Origin: Thermoanaerobaculia bacterium
GTDB taxonomy: Bacteria > Acidobacteriota > Thermoanaerobaculia > UBA5066
Assembly: GCA_036504335.1 (NCBI GenBank)
Contig: DASXVJ010000023.1
Coordinates: 144,389-208,388, forward strand
Reading direction: 5' to 3'
Length of the DNA: 64,000 bases
Part shown: piece by piece, positions 11,011 to 21,488 of the stretch
Position numbering within the stretch: the first letter of the stretch is position 1
How the letters are laid out: every line of letters begins with the position of its first letter
Program-made: the position numbers and the translations under genes
The notes under the pieces: model-generated
What the model was told of the DNA's origin: nothing
Databases searched by the model: none
Seen by the model: the letters and a program-made list of their open reading frames with translations, nothing else

Positions 11011-12200
11011 CCGCGAAGAAGCGAATCGCGCTCCTCGGAGCCACGGGCTCGATCGGCGACTCGGCGCTCTCGGTCGTCGCCCACTTCCCCGAGCGCTTCG
11101 AGGTCGTCACGATGTCGGCGGGCTCGAACCTCGAGAAGTTCCTCCCCGCGATCGCGGCCGTGCGGCCGAAGGTCGTCTCCGTGAAGACCCGCGAGGACGC
11201 GGCCCGCGTGCGGCAGGAGTTCCCCGGCATCTCCGTCGGATTCGGCGAACAGGGCCTCGTGGACGTCGCGACGCACCCCGACGCCGACGTCGTCCTCGGC
11301 GGAATCGTCGGCTCGGCGGGCCTCATCCCCGCGTACGAGGCCGTCAAGCTCGGCAAGACGCTCGCGCTCGCGAACAAGGAGACGCTCGTCGTCGCGGGCG
11401 AGCCGCTCATGCGCGCGGCCCGCGCGGCCGGCGCCGCCGTCCTCCCCGTGGACTCGGAGCACTGCGCGCTCCACCAGGCCCTCCGCGCCGGCGCCGCTTC
11501 CGAGGTGAGGCGCCTCGTCCTCACCGCCTCCGGCGGTCCGTTCCGGACGCGGCCGTTCGAGACGTTCTGCGCGATCACGGTCGAGGACGCGCTCCGCCAC
11601 CCGACCTGGAAGATGGGCCCGAAGATCACGATCGACTCGGCGACGATGATGAACAAGGGCCTCGAGGTCATCGAGGCCCGCTGGCTCTTCGACGTCGAGG
11701 TCGAGCGCATCGGCGTCGTGATCCACCCGCAGTCGATCGTCCACTCGATGGTCGAGTACGTGGACGGGTCGGTCCTCGCGCAGATGTCCCCGAACGACAT
11801 GCGCTTCCCGATCCTCTACGCGCTCTGCTACCCCGAGAGGATCGACACGCCCCTGCCGCGCCTCGACCTCGCGGCGCTCGGGACGCTCACGTTCGAGGCG
11901 CTCGACGAGGGGCGTTACCCCGCCGTCCCGCTCGCGTGCGCCGCTCTCAGGACGGGCGGCTCGGCCCCCGCCGTGCTGAACGCGGCGAACGAGGTGGCCG
12001 TCGAGGCGTTCCTCAAGGGGCGGATCCCGTACCTCGGGATCGTCGAGACGGTCGCGCGGGTCCTCGCGCGGCACAAGGTCCTTCCGATTTCCTCCGTCGC
12101 GGCGGCCCTCGAGGCCGACGCATGGTCGCGGCGCGAAGCCGAGACCCTCCTCCCGGCGCTCGAGCGGCCGGCGGCAACCAATCGCGCCGTTCCGGCGTAA
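11007..12200 (+). CDS. dxr: 1-deoxy-D-xylulose-5-phosphate reductoisomerase
   Basis: Read in the frame of track ORF 10266..12200. N-terminus KRIALLGATGSIGDSAL carries the NADPH GxxGxxG motif. TTG start overlaps the cdsA stop (TTGA). Confidence 0.95.
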   Translation: MTAKKRIALLGATGSIGDSALSVVAHFPERFEVVTMSAGSNLEKFLPAIAAVRPKVVSVKTREDAARVRQEFPGISVGFGEQGLVDVATHPDADVVLGGIVGSAGLIPAYEAVKLGKTLALANKETLVVAGEPLMRAARAAGAAVLPVDSEHCALHQALRAGAASEVRRLVLTASGGPFRTRPFETFCAITVEDALRHPTWKMGPKITIDSATMMNKGLEVIEARWLFDVEVERIGVVIHPQSIVHSMVEYVDGSVLAQMSPNDMRFPILYALCYPERIDTPLPRLDLAALGTLTFEALDEGRYPAVPLACAALRTGGSAPAVLNAANEVAVEAFLKGRIPYLGIVETVARVLARHKVLPISSVAAALEADAWSRREAETLLPALERPAATNRAVPA

Positions 12201-12215
12201 TCAACCCGAGGTTTC

Positions 12216-13565
12216 ATGAACATCCCGACAAACGTCCTTGCCCTCGTCTTCGTGCTCTCGTTCCTGATCGTCTTCCACGAGGGCGGGCACTTCGCCGTGG
12301 CGAAGTTCTTCAAGTTCCCGGTCGAGATCTTCTCCCTCGGCTTCGGAAAGCGGCTCTTCGGCTGGAAGCGCAGGGAGACGGACTACCGCGTCTCGCTCAT
12401 CCCGCTCGGCGGCTACGTGAAGGTCGTGGGCCTCGGGCCCGACGAAAGCGACATCGTCGCCGGGGAGCATGCGGCGCCCGCGCAGCCCGGCACGCGCCTG
12501 CAGCGCCTCCTCATCCTCTTCGCCGGTCCCGGCGTGAACCTCGTCTTTGCGGTGCTTCTGACCATGGGTGCGTTCATGATCGGGATCGAGCTGCCGCGTT
12601 ACTTCGAAGAGCGGCCCGTCGTGACGTTTGTCGACCCGGGCAGTCCCGCGGAATCCGCCGGGGTCAAGCCCAACGACCTCATCACCTCACTGTTTGGCAA
12701 GCCGGTGACGACATGGCGCGAGGTGGAGTTGCAGACGGGTCTGGGCTCGCGCCAGAAAATCCCGATCGAAGTGCTTCGTGACGGCCAGACGGTCACGCTG
12801 ACGCTTCAGCCGGAGCCCAAGACCGAAGAGCAGAAGAAGTACGACGTCGGGTTCACGGGTCTGCACGCGGCGGTGCCCGTTTACGTCGGCAGCGTGCTGG
12901 CCGGCTCGCCGTCGGCCAAGGCCGGCCTGAAAGTGGACGACCGGATCGTCTCGGTGGGAGGCCACGAAGTGTCGTGCTTCTCTGCGGTGGTCTGGCGCAT
13001 CGCCCAGGAAGCCCAGGACTTCAAGGAGAAAGGCGCGCGGCCGATCGACATCGGCGTCGAGCGAGAGGGGGCGCGGCTGACCATTCCCGTCACCCCGCGC
13101 GCAGAGGGCGCCGCCTGGAGAATCGGGTTTGGCGCCAAGTTTCTCGACACCGTGAGGCGATCCCTCCCGGTAGGGGCCGCCTTTGAGTCTTCGGTGAGAG
13201 AACTGCGGGATCAGGTTCGCGCCACGGGAACCATTCTCGGCCGGCTCTTCGCATTCAAAGGATCTTTCCGACAGCTCTCGGGCCCGATCGACATCGCCAA
13301 GTTCTCCGGGGAAGCCGCCAGGGCGGGCGTCGCCCCGTTGCTGAGTCTCATGGGCGTCCTCTCGCTGCAGCTCGGCCTCCTGAACCTCCTGCCGATCCCG
13401 CTCCTCGACGGCGGCCAGATCTTCGTGACGCTTCTCGAGGCCGCCGCGCGGCGCGACTTCTCGATCAAGGTCAAGGAGCGCCTCCTGCAGGCCGGGTTCG
13501 CGTTCCTCGTCCTCATCATGGTCACCGTCCTCTACTTCGACGTCATCAAGAACGTCTCGTTCTGA
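12216..13565 (+). CDS. rseP: RIP metalloprotease RseP (site-2 protease)
   Basis: HEGGH zinc motif, PDZ domains, and a C-terminal LDGG motif. Confidence 0.9.
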   Translation: MNIPTNVLALVFVLSFLIVFHEGGHFAVAKFFKFPVEIFSLGFGKRLFGWKRRETDYRVSLIPLGGYVKVVGLGPDESDIVAGEHAAPAQPGTRLQRLLILFAGPGVNLVFAVLLTMGAFMIGIELPRYFEERPVVTFVDPGSPAESAGVKPNDLITSLFGKPVTTWREVELQTGLGSRQKIPIEVLRDGQTVTLTLQPEPKTEEQKKYDVGFTGLHAAVPVYVGSVLAGSPSAKAGLKVDDRIVSVGGHEVSCFSAVVWRIAQEAQDFKEKGARPIDIGVEREGARLTIPVTPRAEGAAWRIGFGAKFLDTVRRSLPVGAAFESSVRELRDQVRATGTILGRLFAFKGSFRQLSGPIDIAKFSGEAARAGVAPLLSLMGVLSLQLGLLNLLPIPLLDGGQIFVTLLEAAARRDFSIKVKERLLQAGFAFLVLIMVTVLYFDVIKNVSF

Positions 13566-14794
13566 TGCCGCGTCCTCGCACGGTCGGCGTGCCCGTCGGA
13601 GGGATCCAGGTCGGCGGCGGCGCGCCCGTGGTCGTCCAGTCCATGTCGAACACGGACACGGCGGACGTGGACGCCACGGTCAAGCAGGGACTCGAGCTCG
13701 CCGAGGCGGGCTCGGAGCTCGTGCGGATCACGGTGAACGTGGACGAGGCCGCGCAGGCCGTCCCGGAGATCAAGCGGCGCCTCCTCGCCGCCGGCTGCGG
13801 CGTCCCGCTCATCGGGGACTTCCACTACAACGGCCACGTCCTGCTGACGAAGTACCCGGAGATGGCGAGGGCCCTCGACAAGTACCGGATCAACCCGGGC
13901 AACGTCGGAACGGGGAAGCGCCGGGACGAGCAGTTCGCGACGATCTGCGGCGTCGCGCGCGACCTCGGGCGGCCCGTGCGCATCGGCGTGAACGGAGGCT
14001 CGCTGAACCAGGAGCTCGTCATGCAGAAGATGCAGGAAAACACGGACCGGGACCTCGGGAGGACGTCGGAGGAGATCGTCGCCGAGTGCATGGTCCTCTC
14101 CGCGCTCCAGTCCACCGAGCTCGCGCTCGAGTGCGGGCTGAGGAAGGACCAGATCATCATCTCGTGCAAGGTGTCGCGCCCGAGCGACCTCGTCGCGGTG
14201 TACCGCGACCTCGCGGCGAAGACGGACCAGCCGCTGCACCTCGGCCTCACGGAAGCCGGGATGGGGACGAAGGGCCTCGTGTGGTCGTCGGCGGCGATGG
14301 GGATCCTCCTCGCCGAGGGCATCGGCGACACGATCCGCGTGTCGCTCACGCCGCGCCCGGGCGGCGACCGGCGCGAGGAGGTCTACGCGGCGTGCGAGCT
14401 CCTGCAGGCGCTCGGGATCCGGAGCTTCGCGCCGTCCGTCACGGCCTGCCCCGGGTGCGGGCGCACGACGTCGACGACGTTCCAGGAGCTTGCCGAGCGG
14501 ATCCAGGGCTACGTGCGCGAGCGGATGCCCGTCTGGAAGGCGGAGCGCGAGGGCGTCGAGACGATGACGCTCGCCGTGATGGGCTGCATCGTGAACGGGC
14601 CGGGAGAGTCGAAGGCCGCGAACATCGGGATCTCGCTCCCGGGCACGGGCGAAGAGCCGAGCTGCCCCGTGTACGTCGACGGCCAGAAGTTCGCGACGCT
14701 CAAGGGCAACTACGACGAGCTCTCCGCCGCGTTCCGGAAGCTCGTGGACGACTACGTCGAGACGAAGTACCCGCGCAAGGGCGCGTCCTCCTAG
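13565..14794 (+). CDS. ispG: 4-hydroxy-3-methylbut-2-en-1-yl diphosphate synthase
   Basis: 409 aa GcpE family. Cluster Cys residues CPGCGRT...[13 protein letters not shown] overlaps the rseP stop (ATGA). Confidence 0.95.
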   Translation: MPRPRTVGVPVGGIQVGGGAPVVVQSMSNTDTADVDATVKQGLELAEAGSELVRITVNVDEAAQAVPEIKRRLLAAGCGVPLIGDFHYNGHVLLTKYPEMARALDKYRINPGNVGTGKRRDEQFATICGVARDLGRPVRIGVNGGSLNQELVMQKMQENTDRDLGRTSEEIVAECMVLSALQSTELALECGLRKDQIIISCKVSRPSDLVAVYRDLAAKTDQPLHLGLTEAGMGTKGLVWSSAAMGILLAEGIGDTIRVSLTPRPGGDRREEVYAACELLQALGIRSFAPSVTACPGCGRTTSTTFQELAERIQGYVRERMPVWKAEREGVETMTLAVMGCIVNGPGESKAANIGISLPGTGEEPSCPVYVDGQKFATLKGNYDELSAAFRKLVDDYVETKYPRKGASS

Positions 14795-15768
14795 CGTCCC
14801 GAGTCCCCGGAGAAGCCCTTTCGGTCGAAGTGCGTCTTGAGGCGCCGCGAGAGCGCGAGCTGCTTGGCGTAGTTCAGCGAGTAGACCGCGGCCGGGACGC
14901 CGGCCGCGTTGAAGGGCACGGACGCGAGCGCGATCAGGAAGTGCCGCGCCTTCTGCATCGCCGTGAACTCGGGGTTCTTGAAGTCCACGACGGTCGTGTA
15001 GTACTTCCCGAGCATCTTGTAGACGTCCCCGAGGACGTTTGTGAAGCCCATCTCCGTTCCCCACGACAGGCACTCGCCCTCGCGGACGCAGCCGAGGAAC
15101 TCCCTCCACGTCGCGCCGGGCGCCATCGTGAAGACGCTCGCGACGGGCGGGTACGTGTGTGCGTCCGAGCCGCCGATGAGCGCAAGCGAGCCGCGCTTCT
15201 CCTTGGCGGCCGTCAGGAGATCCTCGACGAGCGCATTGTGCTGGTAGGCCATCGAGCCGTTCTTCACTTCGAAGACGTCGAAGAGCTCGAGCATCTTCGT
15301 GAAGAAATCCTCGGGGGCCTGGCGCATGCGGTAGGACTGGAAGAGGTGGTTCGCCGAGTAGAGGAGGCTTTCCGCGCGGAGGTACTCGACGAGGTCGAAG
15401 ATGTTCCGCCTCTTGACGTTGATGACCTTCCACTGCGCGAGCGTGAGGTCGAAGACGTTGACGTGGATGCGGTGGCCGGTCTTCGGGAAGAACGTCTCGA
15501 TCTCGGCCGAGACGAAGAAGTCGGTGTAGTCCGGGTGGCGGTCCCGGAATTTCAGGCAGCCGTCCACGGTGTCGTGGTCCGTGAACGTGACGAAGTCCAT
15601 GCCGCGCGCTTTCGCGAGGCGGTACGTCTCGTCGGGGTCGTTGTAGGAGTCGCGGGTGTTCCCCGCACGGAAGTACTTGAAGATCGAGGCGTTCGTGTGC
15701 AGGTGAAGGTCCGCCCGGGAGAGGGGGAGCGCGGGAGAGCCCGGATCCGGGGCGGCGGAATCGACCAT
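14791..15768 (-). CDS. PHP-domain metal-dependent phosphoesterase
   Basis: [10 protein letters not shown]...FVTFTDHD...GGSDAH matches PHP (polymerase/histidinol-phosphatase) motifs. Start trimmed to MVDSAAPD. Confidence 0.75.
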   Translation of the reverse strand: MVDSAAPDPGSPALPLSRADLHLHTNASIFKYFRAGNTRDSYNDPDETYRLAKARGMDFVTFTDHDTVDGCLKFRDRHPDYTDFFVSAEIETFFPKTGHRIHVNVFDLTLAQWKVINVKRRNIFDLVEYLRAESLLYSANHLFQSYRMRQAPEDFFTKMLELFDVFEVKNGSMAYQHNALVEDLLTAAKEKRGSLALIGGSDAHTYPPVASVFTMAPGATWREFLGCVREGECLSWGTEMGFTNVLGDVYKMLGKYYTTVVDFKNPEFTAMQKARHFLIALASVPFNAAGVPAAVYSLNYAKQLALSRRLKTHFDRKGFSGDSGR

Positions 15769-15834
15769 GGGGCGACGAGTCTCCGCGCCTCTCCGGGGCG
15801 AGTCAAGGAGCCGCGCTCCTGCTAGAGTGCCGCC

Positions 15835-16560
15835 ATGGGAGGGGTCTTCGGAAGAGTGCTGTACGCGCTTGTGCTGGCCGGCGTCCTCGCGACCGCGACC
15901 TGGGTCTCGTTCACGCGCTTCGTCGCGGGCAAGTCCCTCAAGACCCCGAGCTTCGTGAGCCTCACGCCCGACGAGGCGGCCGCCCGCGCCGCCGAGCTCG
16001 GCCTTTCCGTGCAGGTGGACGCGGCGCAGGAGGCGTTCGACGACGCCGTGCCCGCGCACCGCGTCCGCGCGCAGCTCCCGGCGGCCGAGACGGCCGTCAA
16101 GAGCGGCCAGACGATCCGCCTCTTCCTCTCCCTCGGGCCGCGCGCCGTGCGCATGCCCGACCTCACGGGGCTGCCGGCGCGCGCGGCGACGCTCGCGCTG
16201 GCGAAAGCCGGCCTCAAGGAGGCCGCCGTCGCGTCGGCGCGCCTGCCGGGGCCCACCGGCGTCGTCGCCCAGGGCGTCTCGGCGGGCGCGATCGCGGGGC
16301 CGGACACTCCGGTCGACGTTCTCGTGAACCGCGGAGCGTCCGACGTCGCGTGGGTGATGCCGGACCTCATCGGGCGCGACTTCGAGCGGGTCAGGACCGC
16401 CTTCGAGGAGCGCGGCTTCCGGATCGGCGGCGTGAGGAGCCAGGCCTACGAAGGCGCGGCGACCGGCACGATCCTCCGCCAGTTCCCGCTTTCCGGGGCG
16501 CCCGTCACGCGGCGCGACGCACTGAGCTTCGTGATCGCGTCGCCGGAGGCGGCGCCGTGA
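15835..16560 (+). CDS. PASTA-domain protein (membrane-anchored, 3 PASTA repeats)
   Basis: N-terminal transmembrane helix, then three repeats of about 65 aa containing PDLTGL and PDLIGR motifs typical of PASTA. Confidence 0.6.
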   Translation: MGGVFGRVLYALVLAGVLATATWVSFTRFVAGKSLKTPSFVSLTPDEAAARAAELGLSVQVDAAQEAFDDAVPAHRVRAQLPAAETAVKSGQTIRLFLSLGPRAVRMPDLTGLPARAATLALAKAGLKEAAVASARLPGPTGVVAQGVSAGAIAGPDTPVDVLVNRGASDVAWVMPDLIGRDFERVRTAFEERGFRIGGVRSQAYEGAATGTILRQFPLSGAPVTRRDALSFVIASPEAAP

Positions 16561-17237
16561 GCGCGGCGAAGGTCGCCCTCGCCCCGTCGATCCTCTCGGC
16601 GGACTTCGCGCGGCTCGGCGAGGCGGTCGCGGCGTGCGAGGCGGGAGGCGCGGACTGGATCCACTTCGACGTCATGGACGGACACTTCGTTCCGAACCTC
16701 ACGGTCGGGCCGATCGTCCTCGAGGCGCTCGCGAAGGCGACGAAGGTCCCCTTCGACGTCCACCTCATGATCGAGGAGCCGTTCCGGACGCTCGACCAGT
16801 ACCTCGACGCCGGCGCACGGCGCGTCGCGGTCCACGTCGAGGCCGAGCCGAACCTCCATCGGTTCGCCGAGCACGTGCGGAGCCGCGGCGTGTCGCCGGG
16901 GGTCGCCATCAACCCCGGGACGTCGCTCACCTCCCTCGACGAGGCCGTGCGCTTCGTGGACTTCGTCCTCGTGATGTCGGTGAACCCCGGATGGGGCGGT
17001 CAGTCGTTCATTCCCGGGTCCCTCGAACGGGTCGCCCGCCTCGCCGAGTCGATCCGGAGGGCGGGCTCGGCGGCGACGGTCGCCGTGGACGGCGGAGTGG
17101 GCGATGCCAACGCCGGCGCCCTCGCGGCCGCCGGGGCCACGCATCTCGTCGCGGGGGCGTCCGTCTTCGGGGGAGGCGACGTTCCGGCTGCGCTCGCACG
17201 GCTCGCACGGGCGGCCGGCCGCGGGCACGGAGCTTGA
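16557..17237 (+). CDS. rpe: Ribulose-phosphate 3-epimerase
   Basis: Motifs PSILSADFARLGE, HFDVMDGHFVPN and MSVNPGWGGQSFIP. GTG start overlaps the upstream stop (GTGA). Confidence 0.9.
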   Translation: MSAAKVALAPSILSADFARLGEAVAACEAGGADWIHFDVMDGHFVPNLTVGPIVLEALAKATKVPFDVHLMIEEPFRTLDQYLDAGARRVAVHVEAEPNLHRFAEHVRSRGVSPGVAINPGTSLTSLDEAVRFVDFVLVMSVNPGWGGQSFIPGSLERVARLAESIRRAGSAATVAVDGGVGDANAGALAAAGATHLVAGASVFGGGDVPAALARLARAAGRGHGA

Positions 17238-17253
17238 AAGAAACCCCGCCGCC

Positions 17254-18096
17254 GTGCATTCTCCGACGTCCGTGACACCCCTCCCCGTCCTCCCGCGCCG
17301 CCTCCCCGCGCTGATCGCCCTCGCCATCCTCCTCGGAGGCGCGGCGGGCTGCGCGAGCACCGACTCCGCGGCCAAGATGACGCGGGAGCTCCTCTCCATG
17401 CCGAAAGAGGAGGCCTACGCGAAGGGCGAGTCCCTCGTCCAGCAGAAGAAGTACGAGCTCGGGCGGCAGTACCTGCGGTTCGTCGCCGAGAACTACGCGA
17501 ACGACGCGATCGGCAAGCAGGCCGCCCTGCGGCTCGCGGACTCGTTCTTCGACGAGAAGACGCCGCTCGGCTATCTCGAGGCCGGCGTGAGGTACAAGGA
17601 CTTCCGGAACCGCTACCCCTCGCACCCGCGCTCGGACTACGCGCTTTTCCGGCTCGCCCAGTGCTCGGACAAGCAGGCCGAGAGGCCGGACCGCGAGCAG
17701 ACGAACACGCGGACCGCCGCGCTCGCATACCGCGAGCTCGTCCTCGCGTACCCGGATTCGCCGTACGCCACGGAGGGCCGCCTGCGCCTCGGCGCGATGC
17801 GCAACCTCCTCGCCGAGCATGAGTACGTCGTCGGGCATTTCTACGTGAAGCGCCGGGCCTGGCGCGCGGCCAAGGGCCGCATGGACACCGTTCTCGCGTC
17901 CTATCCGGACTACGCGAAGCTGGACAAGGTGCTCTTCGACTCGGGCGTCGCGGAGAACAAGATGGGGCACGAGGACGAGGCCCGGCAGCTCTGGGACCGC
18001 CTCGCGCGGGACTTCCCCTCCAGCCCGCTCGTGAGGAAGGTGCCGCGTCCGGCGGCTGCTCCGTCCGCTCCTCCCGCCAAAGCCGCCGGCGGCTGA
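17254..18096 (+). CDS. bamD: Outer-membrane protein assembly factor BamD (TPR lipoprotein)
   Basis: Lipoprotein signal with lipobox LLGGAAGC. YfiO/BamD-like TPR core. GTG start (alternative 17272). Confidence 0.7.
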   Translation: MHSPTSVTPLPVLPRRLPALIALAILLGGAAGCASTDSAAKMTRELLSMPKEEAYAKGESLVQQKKYELGRQYLRFVAENYANDAIGKQAALRLADSFFDEKTPLGYLEAGVRYKDFRNRYPSHPRSDYALFRLAQCSDKQAERPDREQTNTRTAALAYRELVLAYPDSPYATEGRLRLGAMRNLLAEHEYVVGHFYVKRRAWRAAKGRMDTVLASYPDYAKLDKVLFDSGVAENKMGHEDEARQLWDRLARDFPSSPLVRKVPRPAAAPSAPPAKAAGG

Positions 18097-18220
18097 GCCC
18101 TCGTCCCGCCCCTCGGGTTGACGCAAGCGGCTCCAGCGAATTAAGATACACCGTCCATTCGTCCCCTTTTCGCGCCCCCGTTGTCGATTCGGGGACACGG
18201 GTTTCGAGCAGGAGGTCGTC

Positions 18221-19084
18221 ATGCGTCACCGTCTCGCAGCGCTCTCGGCCGGCGTCCTGATCGCCGTCTCGTTCGCCGCCCGCGCCGACGATGCGCCAAA
18301 GGCGCCCGCCCTGACCGTGCGCGAAGGCGCCGCCCCGGCCGCGCCCCAGTCGCACCTCGAGAAGCTCGGCCGGCCTCCCGCTCCGATCACCGGACCACTG
18401 CCGGTGGGCGCCGAAGTGGACGTCTACTGCTCCGGCTACCTCGGGGACCGCGACGAGGCGTTCGTCGGACGCATCGTGAACGCCGAGAAAGAACGAAACC
18501 AGTCGATGTTCATGGCCGGCGACGTCATCTACATCGACATCGGGGCCGAGAACGGCGTTCAGGCCGGGATGGAGTTCACGATCGTCCGGCCGAGCCGCCT
18601 CGTGAACCGCTGGCGATCCGACCGCGAGGTCCTGGGCCGCATCTACATGACGCCCGGGCGCGTGCGCGTGCTCTGCGCCCAGGAGAGATCCTCCATCACC
18701 GAGATCATCTACTCCTGCAACGAGGTGGAGGTCGGAGACTTCGTCGCGCCCTTCGAGCCGGTCCCGGTGCCGCTCGTGCGCCGCACGCGGCCCACGACGA
18801 TCTGCGACACGCCGAACGGCAAGGCGATCGGCCACGTCGTCGACACGCGGGACGCGGTCACGCCCGTCGGGACGGACACGATCGTGTTCCTCGACCTCGG
18901 CGAACAGGACGGGCTGAACCCCGGCGACTTCCTCACGGTCTACCACCCGTCGACGCAGGCCCAGGGCGTGCGCACGGTGCTGGGCGAAGCGGCGATCCTC
19001 ACGACCCGCACCCGGTCGTCGGTCGCGATCATCACGTCGATGGTCGACTTCATCGCCGTCGGCGACGCCGTCGAAGTCAAGTAA
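18221..19084 (+). CDS. Secreted hypothetical protein with an internal duplicated beta-rich domain
   Basis: Signal peptide MRHRLAALSAGVLIAVSFAARA. Two copies of the motif DxIxIDIG-(A/E)-(E/Q)-(N/D)G-x3-G-x-EFT-(I/V)-x-(R/H)-P. Confidence 0.6.
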   Translation: MRHRLAALSAGVLIAVSFAARADDAPKAPALTVREGAAPAAPQSHLEKLGRPPAPITGPLPVGAEVDVYCSGYLGDRDEAFVGRIVNAEKERNQSMFMAGDVIYIDIGAENGVQAGMEFTIVRPSRLVNRWRSDREVLGRIYMTPGRVRVLCAQERSSITEIIYSCNEVEVGDFVAPFEPVPVPLVRRTRPTTICDTPNGKAIGHVVDTRDAVTPVGTDTIVFLDLGEQDGLNPGDFLTVYHPSTQAQGVRTVLGEAAILTTRTRSSVAIITSMVDFIAVGDAVEVK

Positions 19085-19090
19085 AGCCTC

Positions 19091-19134
19091 TCTTTTCGGC
19101 TCGCTCAGAAAAGACTTGCGGGACGAAAATCCCG
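19091..19134 (+). terminator. Putative tandem hairpins downstream of the secreted protein gene
   Basis: TCTTTTC(19091-97)...GAAAAGA(19108-14) stem, then CGGGA-cgaaaa-TCCCG (19119-19134). The U-tract that follows is weak. Confidence 0.3.
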
Positions 19135-19196
19135 TGATAATTTCCATTTCCCCCAAGCGGCCACAAGGCTTGCAAGTGTGCGGGAGGAACGTGTCT

Positions 19197-19430
19197 GTGA
19201 CGATCGACGGCCAGCTGCAGCGCATCATCGACGAGCTCGTGTCGAAGGGAATTCCGCTCGAGGCCGCCAAGCGGGAATTCGAGAAGAAGTACGTGTCCGC
19301 GGCCGTCATGCGTGCGTCCGGCAACATGGGCCGCGCCGCCAAGTCGCTCGGCATTCACCGCAACACCCTGCGGGCGAAGATCTCCCTCCTGAAGGTCAAG
19401 CCGCCGCTGCGCGGCCGGGACAACAGCTAG
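19197..19430 (+). CDS. Fis-family DNA-binding protein (HTH_8)
   Basis: C-terminal HTH MRASGNMGRAAKSLGIHRNTLRAKI. GTG at 19197 lies 9 nt after a GGAGG Shine-Dalgarno. The 104-aa track ORF is trimmed. Confidence 0.6.
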   Translation: MTIDGQLQRIIDELVSKGIPLEAAKREFEKKYVSAAVMRASGNMGRAAKSLGIHRNTLRAKISLLKVKPPLRGRDNS

Positions 19431-19433
19431 CGC

Positions 19434-20282
19434 CTAGCTGGGGCGCAGCCCGCCGCGCGCCATGGCCTCGAGGCGTGCGACGCGCTCCTCGGTGGGCGGG
19501 TGGGTCGAGAAGAGGCGCGCGAGGCCTCCCGCGAACGGGTTCACGATGAACAGGTGCGCCGTCGCCGGCGAGCCGTCCATCGGGAGCCGCTGCGACGCGG
19601 CCTCCAGCTTGCGGAGCGCCGAGGCGAGCTCGAGAGGCCGCCCCGAGAGCGCCGCACCCGTCTCGTCGGCCCGGAACTCCTTCTGACGGGAGATCATGGC
19701 CTGGACGATCATGGCCGCGATCGGGGCGAAGACGATCGCGAGGATCCCGACGAGGCCGCCGCCGCCTTCGCGGTCGTCCCGCCGCCCGCCGCCCGTCCAC
19801 ATCGCCATCTGGGCCAGGTGCGTGAGCGCGCCGGCCAGCGTCGCGGCGATCGCCCCGAGGAGGATGTCCCGGTTCGTCACGTGGCCGAGCTCGTGGGCGA
19901 GGACCGCCTCCAGCTCGTCGCGGTTCAGGATCTTCAGGATGCCCTCGGTGGCCGCGACGACGGCGTGCCGCGGGTTGCGGCCGGTTGCGAAGGCGTTCGG
20001 GGCGTCCTGCGGGATGACCGCCACGCGCGGCATCGGGACGTTCGCCTTCGCCGCGAGCGACCGGACGACCGCATGGAGCTCGGGCGCTTCCTCTTCCGTC
20101 ACGACACGCGCGCCGGTGCTCGCGAGGACCATCTTGTCCGAGAAGAAGTACGTGAAGAGGTTCATGACGGCCGCGATCACGAGGGCCATGACCGCGCCCT
20201 GCGAGCCGTAGGTGGCCTGCCCGACCGCGACGAGCAGAACCGTCAGAAACGTCATGAGGAAGACGATCTTCAGCGTGTTCAT
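19434..20282 (-). CDS. htpX: Zinc metalloprotease HtpX (M48)
   Basis: HELGH zinc motif and four transmembrane segments. Confidence 0.9.
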   Translation of the reverse strand: MNTLKIVFLMTFLTVLLVAVGQATYGSQGAVMALVIAAVMNLFTYFFSDKMVLASTGARVVTEEEAPELHAVVRSLAAKANVPMPRVAVIPQDAPNAFATGRNPRHAVVAATEGILKILNRDELEAVLAHELGHVTNRDILLGAIAATLAGALTHLAQMAMWTGGGRRDDREGGGGLVGILAIVFAPIAAMIVQAMISRQKEFRADETGAALSGRPLELASALRKLEAASQRLPMDGSPATAHLFIVNPFAGGLARLFSTHPPTEERVARLEAMARGGLRPS

Positions 20283-20341
20283 CGTGCTTCTCCGGACCCC
20301 GGGGTGTGTGCGTCCCGTGAACGGGAGTGAGACGGCCCGCG

Positions 20342-20521
20342 CTACTTGGGCTTGTTCTCGTCGTCCTTCTTGTCGCCGGACTCGCCCTGGCGCATCGCGT
20401 CCTTGAAGTTCTTGATGCCCTCGCCGAGGCCCTTGCCGAGCTGCGGGATCTTCCCCGCGCCGAACACGAGAATCACGATCACGAGGATGACGAGCAGTTC
20501 GGGGAGTCCGAGATTCGGCAC
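20342..20521 (-). CDS. tatA: Sec-independent translocase protein TatA/E
   Basis: Not in the ORF track; translated by hand. (V)[44 protein letters not shown]...KPK is a TM helix plus amphipathic helix. GTG start 5 nt after an AGGAGG Shine-Dalgarno. Confidence 0.8.
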   Translation of the reverse strand: MPNLGLPELLVILVIVILVFGAGKIPQLGKGLGEGIKNFKDAMRQGESGDKKDDENKPK

Positions 20522-20561
20522 GGGTGCCTCCTGAAGGGGTTGATCTTACTCCGGGCGGCGG

Positions 20562-21488
20562 TCAGAGAAACTCGAGGAGCCCCTCGAACGGCCCCCCCGG
20601 GGAGGTGCGGCGGCGGATGACGCGGCGCGCCGTCTCGCGGTGGGGACGGTAGAACGGGCGGCCCTTGAGGAGCATCTTCTCGAACGTCCCGAGGACCTTC
20701 CACGCCCTCTGCAGGAGGACGGCCTCCGACACGGCCCCGGCATCGGCCTCGACGGACGCGCCGGCGCGCTCGAAACGGAGCGACGCCGAGTCGTAATCAG
20801 GGGGCCCGAGACGCAGGTCCTGGAAGTCGATCGGGGCCAGCCGCCCGTCGGCGGTGCGCATGAGGTTGTTCGCGTGGTAGTCCCTGTGAGTCGGCACGGC
20901 GTCGCCGGTCGCCGCGGGGTCGGCGGCGGCCGCCGCGAGCGCGCCCGAGAGTCGGGCCCACTCGGCGGCGCGCGCGGGAGGGAGAGGGTCCTGCCCGTCT
21001 TTCTCGAGGGCCCAGTGGCGGGTGTGCTCGAGCTCGGCTGCGAAGAAGGCCGCGTCGAACGCGGGATTGCGCGTCGCGGCGGCGCGCGCAATCGTGCGGA
21101 TCGGGGTCAGGATCTCCTCGGCTTCGTCGAGGAGGCGGGGCCGGTCCTCGCGCGGGGCGTCCGCGAGGTCCATCGAGAGGTCGCGGTCGCCGAGGTCCTC
21201 GATGAGGGCGGAGCCGAGCTCGGGCGCGTCGTCGACGAGCGCGGGAACCCGCACGCCCGCGTGCGCGAGCGCCGCCCCGATCGCGGCCCAGTTCGCCTGC
21301 GCGGGCGATTCGGGCTGCGGGTACAGGACGACGAGGACGCTGCCGCCGCCCGGCGTCGCCTGGCGGAAGTACCGGCGCGCGCCGACGTCGCCGGCCAGCG
21401 GGACGCTCGGCGGACCGGCCGCGAGGCCGAAGCGTTCCCGCGCGCGCGAAAGGCGCTCGGCCTCTCCGTTCCGGGAGGCCGCCGTCAC
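20562..21488 (-). CDS. Phosphotransferase-family kinase (APH/choline-kinase fold; possibly anomeric sugar kinase)
   Basis: Brenner motif HRDYHANNLM and DFQDLRLGP (DxD). Confidence 0.7.
   Translation of the reverse strand: MTAASRNGEAERLSRARERFGLAAGPPSVPLAGDVGARRYFRQATPGGGSVLVVLYPQPESPAQANWAAIGAALAHAGVRVPALVDDAPELGSALIEDLGDRDLSMDLADAPREDRPRLLDEAEEILTPIRTIARAAATRNPAFDAAFFAAELEHTRHWALEKDGQDPLPPARAAEWARLSGALAAAAADPAATGDAVPTHRDYHANNLMRTADGRLAPIDFQDLRLGPPDYDSASLRFERAGASVEADAGAVSEAVLLQRAWKVLGTFEKMLLKGRPFYRPHRETARRVIRRRTSPGGPFEGLLEFL

Noticed and set aside
20283-20341. tatA terminator hairpin (CCCG-TGAA-CGGG and the CCCCGGGG palindrome)
   Set aside because: Short stems without a following U-tract on the minus-strand transcript. 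The evidence is too weak to annotate.
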